Below, one piece after another: positions 48,951-59,664 of a stretch of DNA of 64,000 bases. The stretch lies in NCBI GenBank assembly GCA_963674735.2, contig CAXXQS010000001.1, forward strand, positions 384,001 to 448,000, given 5' to 3'. The notes under the pieces are model-generated. The model had not been told where the DNA came from. It saw nothing but the letters and a program-made list of their open reading frames with translations, and ran no database searches. Origin of the DNA: Myxococcota bacterium (GTDB lineage: Bacteria; Myxococcota_A; SURF-8). Position 1 is the first letter of the stretch. The number at the start of each line of letters is the position of its first letter. The position numbers were made by a program, and so were the translations under genes.

Positions 48951-50486
48951 CTACCCCCCGAATTCTTTCGGCGGAGTAAAGTCGATACCGTTCATCTTGA
49001 ACTGTCGGAGGAGTTCGTCTTTATCGACCGCTTTGGAGTAGGCCTCGCCGGGATCGACCACCTTCTTAACAACCAGCTTGGTCAATTCATCCGAAAGCAA
49101 CTGCATGCCGAGTTGTCGGTTTGTTTGGATGACGTTCAGCAATTGGTGGGTTTTGGCTTCGCGAATCATGTTCGATACCGGCGGGGTCACGATCAGCACT
49201 TCCAAAGCCGCCACACGTCCGCCGCCGATACGTTTCAGCAGATTCTGCGCGACGACCGCTTTCAGCGATTCCGCCAGCATGTAGCGGATCTGGGACTGCT
49301 CGTCACTGGGAAATATCTCGACAATGCGATTGACGGTCGAAGTCGCGGTGGTGGTGTGCAGCGTTCCGAAAACAAGGTGGCCGGTGCTGGCCGTCTCGAT
49401 GGCCATGGAAATCGTTTCCAGATCGCGCAACTCGCCTACCAGTACTACATCCGGATCTTCACGCAGGGCATCGCGTAGCGATTCGTTGAACGACGCGGTA
49501 TGGGGACCGACTTCGCGTTGGTGAACCAGGCAACGTTTGTTTGGGTGAAGAAACTCGATGGGGTGTTCGATGGTGATGATATGATCGGATCGGGAGCGAT
49601 TGACCAGATCGATGATGGCCGCCAGCGTGGTGGATTTTCCCGAACCGGTGGGGCCGGTCACCAGAACGAGACCCTTGGGAAGACTCGCCAACGCACGAAT
49701 CGCCTTCGGTAGCTTGAGATCCTCGGCGCTGAGAATCTCGCTGGGAATCATGCGAATCGCAGCCGAAAGCCCTCGATATTCCTTGAATATGTTGAAACGG
49801 AAACGCGCAACGCCTTTGATTTCATAAGCGAAATCGCAGCTCCCTTTGTCTTCGAAATCGGCCTTTTCCTGCTCGTCGACGATGTCGAAAAGCAGCTTGT
49901 GCAGAACATCCGTTTCAAAAACGGCATCTTCGCCATCGGGGGAAAGATCGCCGTCGATGCGGTAGATCGGGTGGCAGCGGCTGCACAGATGCAGATCGGA
50001 GGCTTTGCGTTCCACCATCTGGCGTAGGAAACGATCGATGTCGGCCGGTGGTGCCGTCGCTTCTTCCGGGGCGACCGCCATCTCGGCCGTATAACCTTTG
50101 GCCACCTGGGAGGGCGGAGCGTCGGGAAGAGGGGGTTTCTTTGCACTGGCTGAAGCGGATGCCTGACCCGGCGGAATGGTGGCGCGGCCTTTCTGGGGGA
50201 CGAACGCGACCTCGGCGCCGTCTTTGGTGAGTTTGGCGACCGTGGCGCAGTTGATGCCTTCCGCCGTATACGTAAGGCTGACACTGCCGGTCGATGTGAT
50301 TTGGTGCTTCTGATCCGCCGACAGGATTTCCATCACCGCCACACGGATCTGGCTGCCCGGAATGGGAAGACCGAAGGAAGCGCTTCCCGACTCGAATATC
50401 AATCCGGGTTTTTGGTTGGGTTTTAGAACGAGCTGGCGGGCTTGTCGTTGAACGGCTAAGCGAATGTATGGATCGACGGAAGCCAT
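48951..50486 (-). CDS. pilT: PilT/PilU family retraction ATPase with an extra N-terminal domain
   Basis: ASDLHL, GPTGSGKSTT, LREDPDVVLVGE, TGHLVFGTLH, MIREAKTHQ. Confidence 0.9.
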   Translation of the reverse strand: MASVDPYIRLAVQRQARQLVLKPNQKPGLIFESGSASFGLPIPGSQIRVAVMEILSADQKHQITSTGSVSLTYTAEGINCATVAKLTKDGAEVAFVPQKGRATIPPGQASASASAKKPPLPDAPPSQVAKGYTAEMAVAPEEATAPPADIDRFLRQMVERKASDLHLCSRCHPIYRIDGDLSPDGEDAVFETDVLHKLLFDIVDEQEKADFEDKGSCDFAYEIKGVARFRFNIFKEYRGLSAAIRMIPSEILSAEDLKLPKAIRALASLPKGLVLVTGPTGSGKSTTLAAIIDLVNRSRSDHIITIEHPIEFLHPNKRCLVHQREVGPHTASFNESLRDALREDPDVVLVGELRDLETISMAIETASTGHLVFGTLHTTTATSTVNRIVEIFPSDEQSQIRYMLAESLKAVVAQNLLKRIGGGRVAALEVLIVTPPVSNMIREAKTHQLLNVIQTNRQLGMQLLSDELTKLVVKKVVDPGEAYSKAVDKDELLRQFKMNGIDFTPPKEFGG

Positions 50487-50808
50487 GGTGTCCGATCTCC
50501 TTTTGCTGCCCACGCCATTTAGGCCATTTGCACAAACGTAGCATATTTTTCCCGTCAATGCTAAAGACTCTGACCCAGTTTTCCTTACAAACATTATCCG
50601 TGTGATACCTGCGGATTGCCGGAATGGCTTGTCGGAGAACTTACTCAAACGTAAGTTGTGTTGCTCTGTTTTGGGTGGACAAATCACGAGTGATGGGATA
50701 AGAGAATGCATTAGTTGTAATTACAAATACGGTGGAGCTTTACCGTCCCGTGTAAATAACGGGTTATATCAGGACGTTTTTTCAGCCTGAGAGGTGAGGG
50801 GGTTTGTT

Positions 50809-52740
50809 ATGTGGATCGCCATTCTGATTTTGGTGCTTATTCTGGCTGCAGGGGGAGTCGGAGGTGCCTTCTTTTTTCATCCGGCACGACGGAACTTACG
50901 ACAATTGAAATCGGATAATGCCGATGTCCGTATGCACGCATTACAGGAACTGGAGGAGGCCTCCAAAGGCGGTTTGATAGTGTTGCCGCTCATTGTGCAG
51001 ATTGCTACCGAAGATCACGACTCGAGTCTGCGTGAACAGGCGGGGCAGGTTTTGGCTGCTCGGGACAAGCTGGCTCAGCGGGCGATGCCGTTGTTGGCTC
51101 AGGCACTGGGTTCGAAAGATTCTCAAGTACGGCAACGGACAATGTTGGTTCTTGGAAAACTCGGAAAAAAGGCGGCTCTGGCTGTTCCATTCCTGGTGAC
51201 CGCGCTTAGGGATAGCGACATCAACATCCGCCGCCAGTCGGTGCGACTTCTCGGACGGCTTGGGAAGGAGGGCGCGGTGGCGGCTCCGATACTGTTGGAG
51301 ATTGCCGTGACCGATCCGGATAATGTTTTGCGCCAGTGGGCTATGGAAGCGTTGGGAGAAATGGGCGAGGCATCCGCCGCTGTTGCCCCGGCTTTGGCGG
51401 AAGTGGTGTTGACGGATGAGTCGGCGCGTGGTCGGGACGGCGCGATGAAGACCCTGGAGCGACTTAACGAAAACGGAGGCAAAGCGGTTCCCGTATTCAC
51501 GAAAGCGCTGAAAGACCCCCAAGAAGAAACACGGGTGAGGGCGGCGAGTGCCCTTTGGCGTATGACGAATCATGCTCCGGTGGCGTCATCGGAGATCGTT
51601 CAAGCGGCTCTGAAAGATCCAAGCGAGAAAGTGTTGGAACAGATTGCCCAGATGCTTTCCGGGAACCCGGATGTCGGGGCTCTGGCTGTTCCGCTTTTTG
51701 CCAAAGCATTGGAAAGCGGCGATGAAAATGTCCGCTTCCGGGCAGCGAAAAATTTGGGCATCATGGGTGAAACGGCTCAGCCGGCTGCCGTGAATCTCGC
51801 CAAAGCCATCGTTCGGGATTCCGTTGTCAAAGTGGTGGATTGTGCCAGTGATGCTTTGAAAAAGCTGGGTGGCGGCGGCGAAGATGTTAATGCCATTTTG
51901 CGGGAAGCGTTTGATAACCCGGATTCCAAAATCCGGGCGCGGGCGGCTCGAGCTTTGGGGGGGACCGCGAATGTGAGTGGCGATGTGGCTCAGAAACTGG
52001 CTCGCACGATCATAATGGAAAAGGCTCCCGAGGTTCGCCTTGCATCGATAAAAGGGCTTGTGTGCGACGAGGAAAATTTGGCGTCCGGGAGCGCTGTTTT
52101 CGCTGCGGCGCTCGATAGCCGCAATCCGAAAGTGAGAGAAGGGGCGTTGGCTGCAATTGTTGAATTGAAAAGCTATGCCCCGGTTATGATGCCCGAGCTT
52201 CTAAAGGTGGCGAGCGAGCGCAACGGCACTATTTTGCCACTGATTGTAACGGCGCTTAAAAATATGGGGGATGACCGATCATTGGCGGTTTGTGAGATCA
52301 TGCGGGTCAACGTCAATCACGAGGATCCCAAGGTACGTGATCAGGCTGAACAGGTTTTGCGGGAAGTCCTGGGGGAAAGCTACGAACAGGCGATTTCGAT
52401 TCCCAAGCGCTATTGCGACTGGGAATTGACGCTGGCATCGACTTGTCCCGACGAGTGCAAGCGATTGCTCGACGCCTTCAGTGTTGGAGCCAGTATTATG
52501 TTCAATCCCAAAGTGATGGGACGCCCCAATAGTCGCAAGAGCCTCGAAAAAGCGCTGGTTCATATTAAAAATGCAATCGGTCTTATGCAAACCGGCGAAA
52601 TCGGGACGAAAAAAGTGAAAGAGGCTGTTGCAGGTATGATTATGCACCTCAATAAGGACTTTGCATGGTCGTATGTGGAAAAAGCCGAGGAAGAGCGAAC
52701 CCGGCAGTTCAAGAAAATGCTGGTTGAATTTACCCTGTAG
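50809..52740 (+). CDS. Membrane-anchored HEAT/PBS-repeat protein
   Basis: N-terminal hydrophobic helix; many D..VR..A...LG repeats. Confidence 0.85.
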   Translation: MWIAILILVLILAAGGVGGAFFFHPARRNLRQLKSDNADVRMHALQELEEASKGGLIVLPLIVQIATEDHDSSLREQAGQVLAARDKLAQRAMPLLAQALGSKDSQVRQRTMLVLGKLGKKAALAVPFLVTALRDSDINIRRQSVRLLGRLGKEGAVAAPILLEIAVTDPDNVLRQWAMEALGEMGEASAAVAPALAEVVLTDESARGRDGAMKTLERLNENGGKAVPVFTKALKDPQEETRVRAASALWRMTNHAPVASSEIVQAALKDPSEKVLEQIAQMLSGNPDVGALAVPLFAKALESGDENVRFRAAKNLGIMGETAQPAAVNLAKAIVRDSVVKVVDCASDALKKLGGGGEDVNAILREAFDNPDSKIRARAARALGGTANVSGDVAQKLARTIIMEKAPEVRLASIKGLVCDEENLASGSAVFAAALDSRNPKVREGALAAIVELKSYAPVMMPELLKVASERNGTILPLIVTALKNMGDDRSLAVCEIMRVNVNHEDPKVRDQAEQVLREVLGESYEQAISIPKRYCDWELTLASTCPDECKRLLDAFSVGASIMFNPKVMGRPNSRKSLEKALVHIKNAIGLMQTGEIGTKKVKEAVAGMIMHLNKDFAWSYVEKAEEERTRQFKKMLVEFTL

Positions 52741-52754
52741 TCCTGGCGGGTTGT

Positions 52755-54884
52755 TTACTTGACATGAAGATTGACGGTGTGGGAAACGGTGGAATCCCGC
52801 ATTTGGACCTTCAATTGATGACGCCCTGCCGCCAGACGTTGTCCTGAGCTGGGAGTGGTGAACGGTTTTTGATTGTCGAGCGTCAATGTTGCCCAGGGCT
52901 GGGCGTCGAGATTCAGTTTCGCTTCCGGGACAAAATGCCCCCGTCGATTTTCGATCTGGCGTACCTTCAGACGCAAAACGAGCTTTCCCGTATCGCCGGG
53001 AAACGTGATGACGATCAGGTGCTGTGTTTTCTGCGCATCTTGCAGGGTGTGAGGTATTGGAACGGCATTTCCATCCAGTTTTACCCGCGCGCCATCCGGT
53101 GCATCTAAAACGACAGTCGCGTGAAACGGTGATAGCTTGAGGTGTAAGGGACCGGCCAGGCTTGAGGGCGTGACGGTTTTCGCCACTGTTTGGAATCCTT
53201 TTTTTCCGGCGATAATGCGGATCGGACGATTGGGTAAAAGGTTCTGGACGTCAAACGGTGAAGAGCCGTCGATTCGTTCGTCATCGACACGCAGAACCGA
53301 GTCCGGCGGGTCTGTCATAATCGTGAGTTGACGGTACAGAGATTGTAGGTTGTAGCTTAGACTTTTTTCTCCCGCTTCGGCCTGATCGAGGATGAAATCC
53401 GTTTGCAATGCCACGTAACCTTCTTTTTCGATCCGCAAATGGTGGACGTCCCCGAGGGTCAATTTTCCAACCGATACCGGTGTGTTTGCCGCGAGTTTAC
53501 GATTGTTGAGCCAGACGGCGGCATCCGGCGGGGTTGTGATCAAGCGGCAAGCCTGACGCTGCCGTTCCAATTCGGCCCGGACATGCACCGGCTCGGACGA
53601 TTCGAGGGTGATCGTTTGTTCCCAATCCACGTGATATTTTTGGATGAGACGCAGATTATGGGACTGTTGCTGGTCGAGGTCTGATAAAGTCGTAGGGGTC
53701 CGCTTCCCCGTGTTCCGACCGTTGTGAAAGACGCTTGCACCGGGGGGCTGGGATTCGATGACAATGCTTCCCGACGGCGTATTGAAAAATCGAAAATAGC
53801 CGACAACCGAAGCGATGGCCAGGAGGATCAGCAAGCTTGTCCAAAGAGCGAAATGGGGCGAGGCTTTTTTCGTCGGTGTTATGGCGGACGGCCTGGATTC
53901 ATCTGTGGCGTCGTCGGTTGGGGTGATGATGGGTTGAGTTGATAAAATCGTGCGCTCGTTCGTCGGCGTCGGAGTGTCGTGCCGATCGGGAAACAACCGT
54001 TTCAGCATCTCCGGGATGGCTTCAATCGAAGCGGGGTTCAGGGCTTCGCGTTCGTTCTGCAAACGCCGTCGCCATTCTTCAGTGGTGGGTGGCCGATCGG
54101 CTTTTTCAAGCGCGCAAGCGTCCATAACGGTATCCGCGAGTGAGCTTGAAACACCGGGAGCTTCGGGAGGTTCGAGTGTTCCGGACACGATCTGTCGCAT
54201 CAACGCTTCCGGGGGAATCGCTGAAGGATAGGATTGCCGATTGGTCAGCATTTCGTGGAGAACCAACCCGAGCGAGTAGAGATCGGAGCGGCGGTCGAGC
54301 GGCTCGCCACGTATTTGTTCGGGTGGCATGTAGCTGTATTTACCGGCCAGATGATCTTGTCCGGCCTGTTTGCGGACGGCGGCCAACCCGAAATCGGTGA
54401 GTTTGACTTCGCCCTCAAACGACAACAACAGATTGGATGGGCTGATGTCACGGTGGATCAAACCGAGTTCACGCCCCTGTTCATCTTTGATCCGGTGGGC
54501 GTAATCCAGACCGCGGCAGGCCTGAATGGCGATATCGAGCGCGACGGCAACCGGAAGACGCTCGCCGCCTTCGCGCAGTTGGGCAAGCAGGCTGCGCAAA
54601 TCGACACCTTCGACGTATTCCATGGCCAAAAACAGGGTGTCGGCCTGACGTCCGAAATCGTAAACATGCACGATGTTGGTATGGTTGAGTCGTGCACTCA
54701 GGCGGGCTTCGGAGCAAAAACGCGCCTCGAACGCGGCGTCATGGCTCAGATTTGGTAACATGCGCTTGATAGCGACGATTTTTTCGAAACCGCCTTCACG
54801 TACAAGTTTGGCTTTGAATACCTCGCCCATCCCGCCGCTGGCGATGCGTTCGATGAGCCGATATTGTCCGATACTTTCGGGCAT
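52755..54884 (-). CDS. Transmembrane Ser/Thr kinase with PEGA domains
   Basis: GGMGEV, VAIK, HRDISPSN, DFG, YMPPE; a TM segment; repeated S/T-x-PP-x-A-x-V PEGA starts. Confidence 0.92.
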   Translation of the reverse strand: MPESIGQYRLIERIASGGMGEVFKAKLVREGGFEKIVAIKRMLPNLSHDAAFEARFCSEARLSARLNHTNIVHVYDFGRQADTLFLAMEYVEGVDLRSLLAQLREGGERLPVAVALDIAIQACRGLDYAHRIKDEQGRELGLIHRDISPSNLLLSFEGEVKLTDFGLAAVRKQAGQDHLAGKYSYMPPEQIRGEPLDRRSDLYSLGLVLHEMLTNRQSYPSAIPPEALMRQIVSGTLEPPEAPGVSSSLADTVMDACALEKADRPPTTEEWRRRLQNEREALNPASIEAIPEMLKRLFPDRHDTPTPTNERTILSTQPIITPTDDATDESRPSAITPTKKASPHFALWTSLLILLAIASVVGYFRFFNTPSGSIVIESQPPGASVFHNGRNTGKRTPTTLSDLDQQQSHNLRLIQKYHVDWEQTITLESSEPVHVRAELERQRQACRLITTPPDAAVWLNNRKLAANTPVSVGKLTLGDVHHLRIEKEGYVALQTDFILDQAEAGEKSLSYNLQSLYRQLTIMTDPPDSVLRVDDERIDGSSPFDVQNLLPNRPIRIIAGKKGFQTVAKTVTPSSLAGPLHLKLSPFHATVVLDAPDGARVKLDGNAVPIPHTLQDAQKTQHLIVITFPGDTGKLVLRLKVRQIENRRGHFVPEAKLNLDAQPWATLTLDNQKPFTTPSSGQRLAAGRHQLKVQMRDSTVSHTVNLHVK

Positions 54885-54911
54885 GCGTTTATCCAGGCAG
54901 GTTACGGATTG

Positions 54912-57878
54912 TTAACCGTGCAAGCGGCGACGCGACAATCCCAGCAGCAGGATCGTCAAAGCGAGGAGCATCGGGGTTGCGGGATCGGTATGGCGACACC
55001 CGTTCCCCTCGTCATCGGGTTTCGCTACCGTATCGGCTTCGGCTGTATCTTCGTCACCGTCAACGTCTGTATCACCATCTTCGGGACTATCCCCGTCTGT
55101 CGGTTCATCACCGTCGCTTGGTTCATCGCCATCCGTTGTATCATCCATATCCGTGTCGCCATCGGGTGCAATTGTGGGGATATACCAGCTATGAATGACC
55201 CCGCTGAAGACCGCTTCTTTCCCGGCGGACTCCGGCACCAGCATTAGGGTCCAGGGTGTATCCAGGTCGAGATCGGTGCTTCCTCCCGGGAGTCGGAAAT
55301 CGAAAGCGAAATGTCCGTCTTTTTGCGAGGAGTCGTCCAACAGCCAGGCGGCATCCGGCAAGTTTGCGGGGTGATAGGTGGTTGCGCCCGTGATGGCGTT
55401 TCGACCGATAATCGCCGCCCAATCCGCCTGTGCTTCGAATTCGAGGTGGATGTATCCCGCTTGCTCGTCGCCGCGGGGAAGGTCGCCCGCCGAAAACCAG
55501 TCTTCGAACGATCCCGCAACTTTCCATTCCAGGCTGAACACCTTATCGGCTACAGCGTCCTCGGCGCTGATGATCTGGGTGACTTTTCCCGCTTCTTCGG
55601 GCAGATTACCCAATGGCGTTTCCACGCGTAAGTAGTAGTTGGCGTGATCGCCCAGTTTGACGCTGAACTCTCCGGCGTCGTCGGTGACGCCCCAGAAACC
55701 GGTGGTCAGATCGGTGGAGGACCAGGCCTCGGTGGCGATGCTGACCGCCGCGCCGTCGACGGGGCGATCGTTTTGATCGAGCACCCGCAGGTTCAGTGTG
55801 ATGCTGTCGGAATAGTCGTCGATTACCGAGCGGATCGAACCATCACCCTCGGTGGTGAGGATGCACGAGCAGTCTTTACCGCCGCCCTGCTGTTTGTCGT
55901 AGGACACGCCGGGGTTGGCAATGCGGGTGGCTTCATCGCTCCAGTCCACCTGGAAGGGGAACCAGCGATCATCGAGGTGCATCATGTCCCACACGTGGTC
56001 TTCGGTGCTGTTGTGCACCAGCAGGGTCGGAATCAGCATCGTGCGTGCGGCCGCCCCGATGATGTCCTGCAATTCTCCGCAGTTGCCGAAGTGGTTGTAG
56101 GCGATGCGTACCGGTTGATTGGCGCGTTCGGGCTGGCCGTTCATGGAACCATATTCCATGATGTTGTAGGCCATGACATCACCTACCCAGAAACCGAGAC
56201 GGTCGAGGACCAACATCGCGGGGTCGAAGACACGCCGTCCGTTTAGGCCGGAGTAGCTTTCGCCGTCCCAAATGGCGGTGGCACCTTGCATGACGTCGGC
56301 CAGGCGCGGGTACCCGCCTTCAAGCAGGGCAGGTAGCTCGCCGTTGCGGGCCGAATCGGTTGTGCGTGTGAAACCGCCCGGCATGACGATGCCATCCCAG
56401 ACATCGGCACTATTGCTTACCGCCCCGAAAAGCATGAAGACGCCGCCGTCGTCGACGAACGTTTCGAACAGGCTGCGGTTATCGCCGACGGCCTGATAGA
56501 GCGCTTTGGGTTGGTCGGAGGCCACGATTACCTTGTGTACGCCGGAAAGATCGAGGGTGGCAAGGGAGTCCGAACCGACGATGTCGAGGTAAACGCCGTA
56601 GTCGGTAAGGGCGCTGGCGAGCAGCGCGTTGTCGAAGGGGTTGCGATCCTGGATCAGGACGACTTTATGCGAAGTGCCCAGCGTCCGATCACCGTTGAGA
56701 TAGGCCACCAGGTTGTCCAGAAGACTGGTCTCGCCCAGTTCCGCCCAGGCTTCGACCGGAATCAGCGTGGCCAGGACGGTGCCATCGGGTTTATCGAGGA
56801 AGTTGCTGCAGCATTGACTGTTGCCGTAAACGAACTCGATCATTACCGGTGCGCCGTCGCTGTCTCGCACAATAAGATTCTGCGGGCCGGTTTCGAACCC
56901 GGTGAATACCGTATCGCGGAATAACAGGCCGTCGGGGAAGGAATCGCCATGCAGGTCGTGGGGGTTCGTCAGCGCCGGATGCACCCAGTAGGGCTGTGGG
57001 GTGGCCTCTTCTCCCGACATGTAGCTGCGCCAGAAAACGCCGTAGGGCGGCAGCATGGGATTGCCGTTGGTCGGGTTGACCGTCGCCGGACGCTCCCAAT
57101 CCATTTTCATATTGACCACCGCCCGGTAGTAGAGGTCGGCGGGCAGATCCCAGCTGCGAGTGTCCTCGCCGTCGGCCAGGGTGTAGCGCAGGGTGGTGAG
57201 CGGCGGGTCGTCCAACTCCAGCACCTCGACATAGTCCAGGCGATCTGCCCAGGCGTAAATGAGGCTGGCGTTTTCGACGAGAAGATCGGCTCCGAAGCGG
57301 CTGTAGCCGAGATCGGAAGTAGGCGCGTGGGACAAAACCCAGGCGATTTCATCGGCGTAGAGCGTTTCGCTGTTGGTATTCAAGACCGTTGCCAATTCCT
57401 CGGAACGGGCGTGAGTCAAGGCCGCCATACGTGTTCGGAAACCGGCTTCCCAATCGGGCCAGCGCGACCCGATCAATGTGGCTGCGTCCTTGACTGCCTG
57501 CGGGCGGGCGGTTTCGTCGGCGGCAGTCGAATCGGTGTGTAGGGACAACGCGCCGGTTGTGTAGTCGATGTCGAAGCGCAGAGGTTGGTCGGGATGAGCG
57601 CGCGCCGTGAAGCTGAAGCTATGGTCGGGATCGCTCTCCCAGCTTTTTATTTCGCTGTGATATCGGAGGGTTGATTGCACGGGTCTTTCGGGAAGCGAGC
57701 CGCGTGTCACCGCTACGGATGGTTGAGAGGCACTGAGAGTCCAGTGTTGCGGGTGATCCTGTGTCACACCCGCAGGGGTTGCGGCGGAGGTGTCGGAGGG
57801 TCTGGTGGCCTGAACGACCGTAAGACCCGAGAATGTAAGCGCAAAACAAAGAACGGCTACGGTGACCAATCGCTTCAT
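54912..57878 (-). CDS. Secreted transglutaminase-like protein with a MYXO-CTERM-like anchor
   Basis: Signal peptide; GNCGE...DHVW...VDW catalytic-triad pattern; DGD linker then GC...LLALTILLLGLSRRR. Confidence 0.75.
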   Translation of the reverse strand: MKRLVTVAVLCFALTFSGLTVVQATRPSDTSAATPAGVTQDHPQHWTLSASQPSVAVTRGSLPERPVQSTLRYHSEIKSWESDPDHSFSFTARAHPDQPLRFDIDYTTGALSLHTDSTAADETARPQAVKDAATLIGSRWPDWEAGFRTRMAALTHARSEELATVLNTNSETLYADEIAWVLSHAPTSDLGYSRFGADLLVENASLIYAWADRLDYVEVLELDDPPLTTLRYTLADGEDTRSWDLPADLYYRAVVNMKMDWERPATVNPTNGNPMLPPYGVFWRSYMSGEEATPQPYWVHPALTNPHDLHGDSFPDGLLFRDTVFTGFETGPQNLIVRDSDGAPVMIEFVYGNSQCCSNFLDKPDGTVLATLIPVEAWAELGETSLLDNLVAYLNGDRTLGTSHKVVLIQDRNPFDNALLASALTDYGVYLDIVGSDSLATLDLSGVHKVIVASDQPKALYQAVGDNRSLFETFVDDGGVFMLFGAVSNSADVWDGIVMPGGFTRTTDSARNGELPALLEGGYPRLADVMQGATAIWDGESYSGLNGRRVFDPAMLVLDRLGFWVGDVMAYNIMEYGSMNGQPERANQPVRIAYNHFGNCGELQDIIGAAARTMLIPTLLVHNSTEDHVWDMMHLDDRWFPFQVDWSDEATRIANPGVSYDKQQGGGKDCSCILTTEGDGSIRSVIDDYSDSITLNLRVLDQNDRPVDGAAVSIATEAWSSTDLTTGFWGVTDDAGEFSVKLGDHANYYLRVETPLGNLPEEAGKVTQIISAEDAVADKVFSLEWKVAGSFEDWFSAGDLPRGDEQAGYIHLEFEAQADWAAIIGRNAITGATTYHPANLPDAAWLLDDSSQKDGHFAFDFRLPGGSTDLDLDTPWTLMLVPESAGKEAVFSGVIHSWYIPTIAPDGDTDMDDTTDGDEPSDGDEPTDGDSPEDGDTDVDGDEDTAEADTVAKPDDEGNGCRHTDPATPMLLALTILLLGLSRRRLHG

Positions 57879-57982
57879 GGCTCAATTCCTTCATTCGACT
57901 TTTTTCGTATAGAAACGCCTGGACAAAGCCTACCACAGGAACGCCCAGACGGTCAAAACCCCCCGAAAATATATGTGAATCC

Positions 57983-59506
57983 TCAGGGACAGGCGATGGG
58001 GTTGGTTCCGCTCGGATCGCTGCCCTGGCCACCGCAGAAATAGCCGTAGGTGCTGTCCACCCAGCCGCAATTCTGGCCGTAGTCCGCGCAATCTTCCTGA
58101 CGCAACGTTCCCGTATCGGGATCGCACCACAGGGCTTCTTCGCCGTTGCAGCAGCCCATGTAGGAAATGCCGCGACAGGCATCGTTGGGGTCGGTGTCGT
58201 CGTTATCGCCATCGATGTCGCCATCGGTGGGTTCGTCGATGCAGTAATAACCGAGGGCTTCGCCGGACCATCCGCAGGTTTGGTCGCAGGGCGCGCAGTT
58301 TTTGAAGCGAATTTCGCCGTTTTCGCACCAGCGCGCTACCTCGCCTTCGTCGCAGCGACCCTCGAAGGTGAGGCCCTCGCATGGATCGGCAACGCAGCGG
58401 AAGAGCTCCGCCTCGGTTTCACCGCAAATCTGGTTGTTTTCCCGGCAGTTGACGCTCTTGAGCTTGTCGTTTTCGCACCACTGAGCGGTGTCGCCCGCAC
58501 ATTGACCGGTTTCATCAAGCGTGCCGCAGTCGCTGGTGGCTTCGATGAAGGATTCGATCCAGGCCTTATCCGCTTCCGCCGAGGCGAAATGGTCGATGCC
58601 GACGCAACTTTCGTCGCCCCAGCTTACCGTGCCGATGACGCGCAACTGGCCGTCGAAACTGTAGAAAGCCGGTCCGCCCGAATCGCCGAAGCAGACGCCG
58701 CCGTCGCCGTTGCCGTTGACCGAAAACTCGGCGTCGTAAATATTGTGGATGTCCTCGGCGACCCAATAGCGGCGGGTGTTGTTGCTGTTGTTGTGGGTGG
58801 CGCCGAAACCGCCGTTTTGCACCTGCTCGCCGACCAGATCGCGGGTGAGCGGGGTGGTGTTGTGGGGAACCGGAACGATACCGGAGACGTTGTCGAGTGC
58901 CGAGTCTTTCAAAACCAGGATGCCGGTGTCGTGGGAGGCCGGATAAGCGCTGTACGGTTCGTAGGCGGGATTCGATTTCACCTGGACCACGTCGAGCAGG
59001 GCGGTGGGATTGGCGGAATCGGGTCCGACGGCGAACTTCACCTGGCTGGCGTTGCCGATATCGACCGTGCAATGGGCGGCGGTAAGCACGACTTTCGGGG
59101 CGATGAGCGTGCCCGAGCAGAAGTTGGAGTAGCCGCCCCAGTAGTTTTCGCTGACCAACGCGCCCAGAGCCAGTTGCTGACCGGCGGACATGTTGAAAAG
59201 TTCCGGGGTGTCGGTGCCGTAATAGATCTTGTTGCGGGTGACGGACTTCACATAATCGCCCACACCGCAGAGATTGGGAGTCGCATCGCCGTCGGCGGGG
59301 GTGTCGTCGCCGTCGGGCAGAGGAAACCAGCTATCCCAGTCGCCGCCGCTTTCGTTGTCGCTATCGCCATCGCCGTCGGACGCGTCGCCGTCTTTGTCGT
59401 CCTTATCGTCATCGTCTTGCGAGAGACTGCTTGCACTGCAGGCCGAAAGGACCATGGCCAGCAAGACGAGCAGGGCTAAATAATCGCGTTTACTACCATA
59501 TCGCAT
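57983..59506 (-). CDS. Lipoprotein trypsin-like (S1) serine protease with Cys-rich repeats
   Basis: Lipobox LSAC; CSGTLI, LTAAHC, HDTG, CFGDSGGP. Confidence 0.92.
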   Translation of the reverse strand: MRYGSKRDYLALLVLLAMVLSACSASSLSQDDDDKDDKDGDASDGDGDSDNESGGDWDSWFPLPDGDDTPADGDATPNLCGVGDYVKSVTRNKIYYGTDTPELFNMSAGQQLALGALVSENYWGGYSNFCSGTLIAPKVVLTAAHCTVDIGNASQVKFAVGPDSANPTALLDVVQVKSNPAYEPYSAYPASHDTGILVLKDSALDNVSGIVPVPHNTTPLTRDLVGEQVQNGGFGATHNNSNNTRRYWVAEDIHNIYDAEFSVNGNGDGGVCFGDSGGPAFYSFDGQLRVIGTVSWGDESCVGIDHFASAEADKAWIESFIEATSDCGTLDETGQCAGDTAQWCENDKLKSVNCRENNQICGETEAELFRCVADPCEGLTFEGRCDEGEVARWCENGEIRFKNCAPCDQTCGWSGEALGYYCIDEPTDGDIDGDNDDTDPNDACRGISYMGCCNGEEALWCDPDTGTLRQEDCADYGQNCGWVDSTYGYFCGGQGSDPSGTNPIACP

Positions 59507-59664
59507 CGGATTTCTCACCTTTCGACAGATCCACACTCAATCCAATATTAAACATCGGAATTGGAAGAAAGACAAGGATGGAAACAAAAAGCTTCCCGAT
59601 TTCGGTGGCGTCGGTATGCGAGGTTAATCAATCGCATACGGTGAAGGCTTGTTCCGTTGCGTCC

